A DNA stretch of 6,102 nucleotides from a virus. Shown here in pieces: positions 1 to 4,663 of the stretch (its first letter is position 1; each line of letters starts with the position of its first letter). The stretch spans positions 1-6,102 of IMG/VR virus record IMGVR_UViG_3300045988_009452; one strand, given 5' to 3'. Under the pieces are notes generated by a model, which saw only the letters and a list, made by a program, of their open reading frames with translations, was not told where the DNA came from and did not search any database. The position numbers and the translations under genes were made by a program.

Positions 1-85
1 CTTTTTTTTCAGTGTAAACTAATGGCGCTCCGTCTTTTATCGGTTCTTTGTTTACTGTGATTCTTTTTACTTTCGTTTCAATTAA
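1..85. repeat. Terminal direct repeat, copy 1 (assembly overlap of a circular genome)
   Basis: Base-by-base identical to 6018-6102 (cttttttttcagtgtaaactaatggcgc...cgtttcaattaa). Confidence 0.97.
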
Positions 86-157
86 TTCACCTTCGTAGGC
101 GTCAATTTTTCTGATGCCTTTAATTTTTCTGTCTTGATATATGTGTTTTCTTATCAT
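1..157 (-). CDS. 5' part of a 106-aa hypothetical protein between VP1 and VP2. The ORF wraps the circular junction and continues at 6017 down to 5854.
   Basis: The ATG at 157-155 lies 4 nt after the VP1 stop (164-162). Hand translation across the junction gives 106 codons with no stop in an AT-rich genome: MIRKHIYQDRKIKGIRKIDAYEGELIETKVKRITVNKEPIKDGAPLVYTEKKEGVLPQFNIRTDKWDLVLEKMEAGNKQKLLKAKGMEPKKTDTPTEPDEAEVPST. It is absent from the ORF track only because the window edge splits it. Function unknown; its position would suit a scaffolding or packaging protein, but I cannot support that from sequence. Confidence 0.6.
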   Translation of the reverse strand, partial: MIRKHIYQDRKIKGIRKIDAYEGELIETKVKRITVNKEPIKDGAPLVYTEKK

Positions 158-161
158 AATA

Positions 162-2078
162 TTACATAATTGGAATTTGTTTTGCACTCATTACTCTACG
201 GGCATTAATTCTGAATCCTATTTGAACCCAGAAGTCCTGATTGCTTAGTTCATTAGTTGCGAATGTTCCAGTGAATTCTTTCGGATTGATGTAGGTTGTT
301 GTATTCTCTATCTCTCCGTCTATTCCTACCGTGTAAATTCTGTTAAGACACATATAGCTTTCACTACCTCCTACTGCAAAGTTTCCATATGACTTATTAT
401 AGTTTGTCATGTAATTAATCCATGCTACGGTTTTTCCTACTGCTGCATTTTCGTTTGCATCTGCGTGCATCCATTTTTGCATAAGGTCTTGGTAACCTAT
501 TCCGTCTAATTGAGGCTTGTGCAGGTCGTCTAATGTGTCTAAGTCGTTGTCCCAGTCATTACCCTGCGAGTAGTCTACTCTTGGAGTAATGCTTGCCAGT
601 CCTATTATATAACACGGCTCGCTTACTTTGATTGTTACCGTACCCCCTTTAGGGTTGCTGTTGTAGCCTTTTCCTCCTAAACTACCTAGTGGTTCGTTGT
701 TGTTTATCTCTGTAGCTGATGTACTTACTACCTCTGAGAATTCAATTTCTCCGGATAATCCACCCTCGTAAACGGGTGTCTCTGCTCTAAAATAGTAGTC
801 TGTAGTCCATACCGTTTGAATCCATGATTTGTAGTCCCCACCTGATATCGCTATTCTGTTTAGTAAGTTGTAGACTTTTTCCGTTAAGTTTAATGTATCG
901 ATAGTAAATGAGCCTCCGCTTGTGTCGATAGCTGTTACTGCTGATATTCCGTTATCTCCGTCAACCCATTCTTTATCTACCCAGTTGTTAAATATGTCAC
1001 TGAAGTGTGTTTTTAACGGTAAACCGTATAAAGCTCCTGAACTATTGACTCTTGTTACCAATTTGTTCATGAAGTCTATCTTGCAATTACCGCCTTCTCC
1101 GATTACGTATTCCTGTTTCTTAACTGATAGGATTTCTTCTCTTAGATTGTCTATTTCTTCGAGTTTGATTGCTTCTAACCTTATTCCTGTGTTTGCTTCC
1201 AGACTAATTCCGCTTACCTTAATTGTTCCTTGGTCGTTGTTAACCGTTTCACTCCATCTGAATTTTGCTGAATTAGGGATAGTAACATATAGTTCACCGT
1301 TGATTGATTCTAGTTTAACTGCTGCTTCTGATAGTGTCAACTCGCCTTTGATAAACTCCATGTTTTGTTCTCCTACCCAGTCAACACATCTGAATGTTAT
1401 TGTTGAATTAGCTGGTACTATAGCGTCAGGCGCTATTTCTGTCCTTACCTTAAATGTATACTCTGAACCTGTTTGTCCGGTACTTATGCTTTGTGCTGCC
1501 CATAACAGACCCTCTTGATTTTGGTCTTCATCCCATACGTATATACTATTAGTTTCTACTTCATTGTTGATTATGTAGAAGTCTTTCTCTTGCTTGTTTG
1601 CGTAGTAATTCTTAAATATGTCGAATATTGCTAATGTTGGAACTGCATTTACTTTTTTCCCTTTTTTGAATTTTTTTACCCCTAGATAATTAAATATACT
1701 GCTGTTACTTGTTTTCGCATCTGAATTAAGAAGTAATTTTGGTAACTTCACCTTGCTCATATCTAGTCCTATGTTTAACGCGTTGTTGTGTAACATAGCA
1801 TTATATAGTCTTATCGGGCATGTGAATACATCCATCTGGAACTTATAGCTCCCAAATAATGGTCCCAGTGTTGGGTGTGTCATTATTTTTTCCGCTGATT
1901 CTATTGTAAACGTGTCTCCGGGTTCCGCTAGTATCTTTAAACATGGTACTAGTGTACCGATTCCCATACTACTCCTCCAGGCAAATGATAAATCGTGTGT
2001 ACTTCTTTCATATTCTCTTAGGGAAACCGACATTTTGTCGGAATCCCCTAATGTGTTTTTCCCTATGTTTACTTTCAT
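162..2078 (-). CDS. VP1: Major capsid protein, Microviridae F/VP1 family (638 aa)
   Basis: The N-terminal block STHDLSFAWRSSMGIGTLVPCLKILAEPGDTF, followed by GPLFGSYK and the CPIRLY region, is the signature of microvirus F/VP1 capsid proteins. The size fits the large-capsid non-phiX lineages. The start overlaps the upstream ORF stop as ATGA (2078-2075). Confidence 0.95.
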   Translation of the reverse strand: MKVNIGKNTLGDSDKMSVSLREYERSTHDLSFAWRSSMGIGTLVPCLKILAEPGDTFTIESAEKIMTHPTLGPLFGSYKFQMDVFTCPIRLYNAMLHNNALNIGLDMSKVKLPKLLLNSDAKTSNSSIFNYLGVKKFKKGKKVNAVPTLAIFDIFKNYYANKQEKDFYIINNEVETNSIYVWDEDQNQEGLLWAAQSISTGQTGSEYTFKVRTEIAPDAIVPANSTITFRCVDWVGEQNMEFIKGELTLSEAAVKLESINGELYVTIPNSAKFRWSETVNNDQGTIKVSGISLEANTGIRLEAIKLEEIDNLREEILSVKKQEYVIGEGGNCKIDFMNKLVTRVNSSGALYGLPLKTHFSDIFNNWVDKEWVDGDNGISAVTAIDTSGGSFTIDTLNLTEKVYNLLNRIAISGGDYKSWIQTVWTTDYYFRAETPVYEGGLSGEIEFSEVVSTSATEINNNEPLGSLGGKGYNSNPKGGTVTIKVSEPCYIIGLASITPRVDYSQGNDWDNDLDTLDDLHKPQLDGIGYQDLMQKWMHADANENAAVGKTVAWINYMTNYNKSYGNFAVGGSESYMCLNRIYTVGIDGEIENTTTYINPKEFTGTFATNELSNQDFWVQIGFRINARRVMSAKQIPIM

Positions 2079-2332
2079 TGCTCCTTGTCTTTAGTTGATA
2101 ATTCAATAGCCCTCCCGAATGCTCCTGCTACTATCTTGCACAATCGTTGAATTGTGATACTACTCAGGTTATCTATGAGTTCTTCCTTGGTTCCAAAGAA
2201 TCCGTCAGATACGAGCTGGTTTCCTACTGTTCCAAACCATACCTCATGTTCTTCGACTTTTCCTTTTCTCAGCATGATTATTCCAGCATATTGCTCTGTA
2301 TAATCCAGTCTTTCTTCTTTTTCTTCTTCCAT
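2075..2332 (-). CDS. Hypothetical protein, 85 aa
   Basis: Same strand as all the genes. Its start lies 1 nt after the stop of the 66-aa ORF, and its stop overlaps the VP1 start (ATGA), which suggests translational coupling. No recognisable motif. Confidence 0.55.
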   Translation of the reverse strand: MEEEKEERLDYTEQYAGIIMLRKGKVEEHEVWFGTVGNQLVSDGFFGTKEELIDNLSSITIQRLCKIVAGAFGRAIELSTKDKEQ

Positions 2333-2333
2333 G

Positions 2334-2534
2334 TCAATTCACCTTAAAGTTAAACATTGTACTGTCATTTTCTTGATTAGCGCTTGCATTCTGGTCTACT
2401 TTCTGCTCGCTGTTGCTGTTGTTTTTTTGAATGTTCAGGCTCACTACACATCCTCCAAGTGTTGCTGCCAATGCCCATGCCACTACTAGTAGCCTAATTA
2501 GTTTTCTTTCCTTGTCACTTTTAACATTCTCCAT
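2334..2534 (-). CDS. Small putative lipoprotein / membrane-targeted protein, 66 aa
   Basis: It has a charged N-region (MENVKSDKERKLIR), a hydrophobic core (LLVVAWALAATL) and a lipobox-like L-G-G-C with Cys at residue 29. The predicted mature part is 38 aa, polar and N/Q/S-rich. Confidence 0.6.
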   Translation of the reverse strand: MENVKSDKERKLIRLLVVAWALAATLGGCVVSLNIQKNNSNSEQKVDQNASANQENDSTMFNFKVN

Positions 2535-2674
2535 GACTTTTTATTCATTTCTGTTAAATACTTTCCTAACTCCTTGTAGCTTCCACAGGTAGTAGTTAAG
2601 GTTACCACCTGTCCTGTTTCTTCGTTAACGAATTCAATGTCAAATATAATAAATAATTTTGCTCCCTGTTCCAT
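2498..2674 (-). CDS. Hypothetical protein, 58 aa (below the ORF-track cutoff). It overlaps the start of the 66-aa ORF by 37 nt in another frame.
   Basis: Hand translation from the ATG at 2674: MEQGAKLFIIFDIEFVNEETGQVVTLTTTCGSYKELGKYLTEMNKKSWRMLKVTRKEN, stop TAA at 2500-2498. It fills an otherwise unexplained 150-nt gap in a packed operon, starting 12 nt after the 73-aa ORF stop. No homology evidence is available. Confidence 0.35.
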   Translation of the reverse strand: MEQGAKLFIIFDIEFVNEETGQVVTLTTTCGSYKELGKYLTEMNKKSWRMLKVTRKEN

Positions 2675-2686
2675 CTCGTTTATTTT

Positions 2687-2908
2687 TTATTTTTTTACGA
2701 CTTGACCCAATGTCCAGATTACTTCCCATTTTTTTCTCTTTTCTTCTATAACACCGCCTATATATTCATCGGGGAATAACTTTCTCATAGTCGCCACTGT
2801 TTCCAAAGCTATGCCTTGTCTGTAGAATCTTTCAACTATTACCTCATCCTTCATGATAATTGTAATTCTGTAATTCTGTCTTTTCTTGATGTTCGCTTTT
2901 TCTTCCAT
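2687..2908 (-). CDS. Hypothetical protein, 73 aa; first gene after the putative promoter
   Basis: Same strand, and the ATG lies 33 nt downstream of a TAnnTTTG motif. No recognisable motif in the protein. Confidence 0.55.
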   Translation of the reverse strand: MEEKANIKKRQNYRITIIMKDEVIVERFYRQGIALETVATMRKLFPDEYIGGVIEEKRKKWEVIWTLGQVVKK

Positions 2909-2941
2909 AACTGTAATATTAATTGGTTTATTTCTGTATTA

Positions 2942-2972
2942 CAAATATACGCATTTTTTTTCAAAACACAAA
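2942..2972 (-). promoter_or_regulatory. Candidate Bacteroidota-type promoter (-33 TTTG / -7 TAnnTTTG)
   Basis: The minus strand reads TTTG (2972-2969), then 19 nt, then TATATTTG (2949-2942). This matches the published Bacteroides sigma-AB consensus TTTG-N19-TAnnTTTG. It sits in the AT-rich region just upstream of the first ORF of the gene string. Confidence 0.4.
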
Positions 2973-3056
2973 ATTTTGAGCATTTTTTTACTATAATCAT
3001 ATAATATTTTTTCTATTAAAAATAAATCTATATATGATAATAATAGCCTGTTGAAA

Positions 3057-3158
3057 CTGTTCATAACTATGTTAATTCATTTATTTACAGTTATTTATCC
3101 TGTTCATAACTTTGTTCATAACTTTTCATTTATTTATTTGCATTGTTCATAACTTTTC
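3057..3158. repeat. Iteron cluster: 4 direct copies of TGTTCATAACT
   Basis: Copies at 3058-3068, 3101-3111, 3113-3123 and 3144-3154. The 15-mer TGTTCATAACTTTTC occurs at 3113-3127 and 3144-3158. TTCATTTATTTA occurs at 3076-3087 and 3125-3136. Confidence 0.85.
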
Positions 3159-3203
3159 TCCGATAGTAGAACATTTTAATATTCCAAATTTTAAGGCATT
3201 TTT

Positions 3204-3267
3204 TTATCAACAAGTTATCAACAGGTTTATTAACCGATTTTGATAGGTTATCAACAAGTTATCAACA
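3204..3267. repeat. Iteron cluster: 20-mer TTATCAACAAGTTATCAACA twice, giving 4 direct TTATCAACA boxes (DnaA-box-like)
   Basis: Boxes at 3204-3212, 3215-3223, 3248-3256 and 3259-3267. Spacing is 11 bp within a pair and 44 bp between pairs. An inverted half-site TTGATA lies at 3240-3245. The box differs at one position from the DnaA box TTATCCACA. Confidence 0.85.
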
Positions 3268-3269
3268 CC

Positions 3270-3470
3270 CACAAGGCGAATACTTGGAGCCTTGCACATA
3301 GTTGGCAGCGTGACAACTCGGGAGTGCTGTCCCGAGTAGCGAGCTAGCCTCGCGTAGTCACGTTAATAATCGCGGCCTATGGCCGCCTACCTTCTAGTCA
3401 CTCAAGGATGGCGAAGCTAGCGAAGCTTTCGAGACTTTCGAAGCTCTAGCCTTGCCTTGCGCATTCTGGC
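3270..3470. other. G+C-rich, hairpin-dense non-coding module A at and beyond the rep 3' end
   Basis: Helices seen: CAAGGC 3272-3277 with GCCTTG 3289-3294. A three-way junction has outer stem AGCGTGAC 3307-3314 with GTCACGTT 3357-3364 (one G:T). It encloses ACTCGGGA 3316-3323 with TCCCGAGT 3330-3337, and GCGAG 3339-3343 with CTCGC 3349-3353. GCGGCC tat GGCCGC lies at 3372-3386. CGAAGCT occurs 3 times (3412, 3421, 3439), with GCTAG 3416-3420 pairing CTAGC 3446-3450 inside the last rep codons. Hand-counted G+C is about 55 percent. Confidence 0.6.
3372..3386 (-). terminator. Possible weak intrinsic terminator after rep
   Basis: On the minus strand, GCGGCC-ATA-GGCCGC is followed by GAUUAUUAA, 30 nt past the rep stop. 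The stem is short and the U-tract poor. Confidence 0.25.
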
Positions 3471-4376
3471 CAACCTTTTCTTTTGCTTCTCTATTTCCCA
3501 TTGCACTGGATTTATTCTCCATACATTTTCGCTAATTCCTTGGTAGTAATTAGTTAAATTGGCCCATGTTTCTTCGTCATCCATCATTACTTTTTCGCCG
3601 CCTATATACCTGTAACCTCGCTCTTGTTTTTCAATCCATAGTTTTTCTTTTTCTTCATCTGTGTAGATGTAGTTCCTGTAGTATTGAGGTAATGGTATCT
3701 CTGTGCCGTTAGGCAGCTTGTAATTTTCATTAGTTTCGCATGGCACATATCTGTTCCTTCTTGCATTATAACTTTTCCAGTATTCTTTGCCTATACCTTT
3801 TGAAGCCATTACCTTACCTATGAATTCAGGGTTTTTTTCTGGCATCTTTAGCATGTACTTGGTGATGTAATTGATGGTCTTTTCATTGACATAGTCACCC
3901 TTGTACCAGTAACCGTACTTCCATAGTCTCAACAGTGAAGCATCTCCCCACAATATGCCGTGCATGTGTATTCTTTCGAAGTCTTCACCTAGTTCTGTTA
4001 TGAACCAGTATTTAGGATATTTCCCGTTGTTGTATTTTCTGTACAACTCCATGAAGTGCCGCAATGCATAATAGCACATCTGATTTTGTTCTTCGTAGTT
4101 TGGCTTTTTCTTTATTGCCAGCTTCTCACCTATATTATTAAGCCATTCATCTGAAAACGTGAATGTTACAAATGTTGCTGGAACTGTTGCATTCTTCATC
4201 TCTTCATTAAGCCTGATGCACCAGTTTCTTTTCTTTTCCTTACGGCATTCTATGCAGACACCACATGATGCTGGTACATACCTTAGCCTCTCGTCCGTGC
4301 AGACTGGAGGATTATAGTCATTTTTCTTGCTAGGTATATACTTTGGATTCAATATATATTTCGTATATAAACACAT
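3417..4376 (-). CDS. VP4: Replication initiation protein, HUH rolling-circle endonuclease (Microviridae VP4 / gpA-like), 319 aa
   Basis: RCR motif I FVTFTF, motif II HUH as IHMHGILW, and motif III tyrosine block YITKYMLK, plus the N-terminal Cys cluster CGVCIECRKEKKRNW typical of VP4. I place the start at the ATG at 4376 (MCLYTKYILNPKY), the usual VP4 N-terminus. The track ORF starts 13 codons further upstream. Confidence 0.93.
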   Translation of the reverse strand: MCLYTKYILNPKYIPSKKNDYNPPVCTDERLRYVPASCGVCIECRKEKKRNWCIRLNEEMKNATVPATFVTFTFSDEWLNNIGEKLAIKKKPNYEEQNQMCYYALRHFMELYRKYNNGKYPKYWFITELGEDFERIHMHGILWGDASLLRLWKYGYWYKGDYVNEKTINYITKYMLKMPEKNPEFIGKVMASKGIGKEYWKSYNARRNRYVPCETNENYKLPNGTEIPLPQYYRNYIYTDEEKEKLWIEKQERGYRYIGGEKVMMDDEETWANLTNYYQGISENVWRINPVQWEIEKQKKRLARMRKARLELRKSRKLR

Positions 4377-4390
4377 AATTATAAAATTTT

Positions 4391-4660
4391 GGTTATAAAT
4401 AATGAGAGGTCGCAACCTCCCTGCTTGGTTGTTACTCCTTCAGGTGGTTCGACCTCTCGTTGTTTATGACCCTAGCCGCGCGGCGATTGCGCGCCACATA
4501 GTAGCGAATTCTGCATAGCGCGTTAGGGATTGCAGGCGAGTATGCCCGTAGGGCATTTGTTTGAGCCGGAAAGCCCGACCCCTTTAGGGGTAACGCCCAA
4601 AATATAGTCACCCACGTATTCCGTGTGCGTATTATTGCGCGCGCGTTGATACGTGTGACA
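4391..4660. other. G+C-rich, hairpin-dense non-coding module B between VP2 and rep
   Basis: A 22-nt imperfect inverted repeat spans 4391-4412 and 4450-4471 (19 Watson-Crick plus 3 T:G on the plus strand; perfect 9-bp core GAGAGGTCG/CGACCTCTC). Other helices: GCGCG 4478-4482 with CGCGC 4490-4494; CTGCA 4511-4515 with TGCAG 4531-4535; ATGCCC gta GGGCAT 4542-4556; ACCCC ttta GGGGT 4578-4591. GTCAC-cc-ACGTAT 4607-4619 pairs with ATACGTGTGAC 4649-4659, enclosing CGTGTGCGT 4622-4630 paired with GCGCGCGCG 4637-4645. Hand-counted G+C is about 54 percent. Confidence 0.6.
4596..4659 (-). terminator. Possible intrinsic terminator/attenuator after VP2
   Basis: On the minus strand, an 11-bp bulged stem (4659-4649 with 4619-4607) begins 4 nt after the VP2 stop and is followed directly by UAUAUUUUGGG (4606-4596). 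The loop is large, so this is atypical. Confidence 0.35.
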
Positions 4661-4663
4661 AGT

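Noticed and set aside
157-165. TAATATTAC, the geminivirus/CRESS-type origin nonanucleotide, on the plus strand
   Set aside because: It has no flanking stem to present it in a loop. It overlaps the VP1 stop and the ORF106 start, lies on the non-packaged strand, and an AT-only 9-mer is easily found by chance in this genome. A similar near-match, TAGTATTAA at 5817-5825, is rejected for the same reasons.
922-1518. 198-aa plus-strand ORF, together with the other plus-strand track ORFs at 1912-2094, 2147-2347, 2816-3004, 4625-4930, 4848-5033, 5046-5480, 5362-5583, 5580-5762 and 5771-6034
   Set aside because: All are antisense to well-supported genes or run across hairpin-filled spacers. Their products are low-complexity, S/L/F/C-rich translations typical of the reverse strand of A-rich coding sequence. 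Microviruses encode all genes on one strand.
2990-3045. Search for a dif-like XerC/XerD site, of the kind proposed for temperate Bacteroidota microviruses
   Set aside because: I found only generic AT-rich sequence, with no convincing 11-6-11 inverted-arm site. No integrase is present, so I have no evidence either way on lysogeny.
4377-4415. 13-codon N-terminal extension of the rep ORF (MRPLIIYNQNFII)
   Set aside because: It starts inside the large hairpin of module B. The internal ATG at 4376 gives the canonical VP4 N-terminus MC.Y....NP.Y.
3343-4511. Cluster of 6-bp restriction-type palindromes (GCTAGC 3343 and 3416, AAGCTT 3423, GAATTC 4506, plus GCCGCGCGGC 4475), raising the thought of vector or synthetic sequence
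   Set aside because: They are not arranged as a polylinker. They are a natural by-product of hairpin- and palindrome-rich G+C-rich DNA, and the surrounding sequence is continuous phage genome.
4464-4556. 30-aa minus-strand ORF inside module B (MPYGHTRLQSLTRYAEFATMWRAIAARLGS)
   Set aside because: It is short, lies wholly within hairpin arms, is not coupled to neighbouring genes, and G+C-rich sequence is naturally poor in stop codons. There is no support for it being coding.
3295-4611. Short words shared in the same order by modules A and B (CACATAGT at 3295 and 4495, GTAGCGA at 3336 and 4501, TAGTCAC at 3355, 3395 and 4605), suggesting the two modules are diverged copies
   Set aside because: For two ~200-nt segments, shared 7-8-mers are expected at about this frequency by chance. 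Without a real alignment score I cannot claim homology.
3270-4660. Possible tRNA, tRNA-like attP fragment, hammerhead or twister ribozyme in the G+C-rich modules
   Set aside because: I could draw no four-way cloverleaf with a T-loop. No CUGAnGA...GAAA hammerhead core occurs on either strand; the closest is CUGAAGG on the minus strand near 4443. The AAGCCCG stretch at 4571-4577 lacks the paired context of twister. Only a covariance-model search could settle this.
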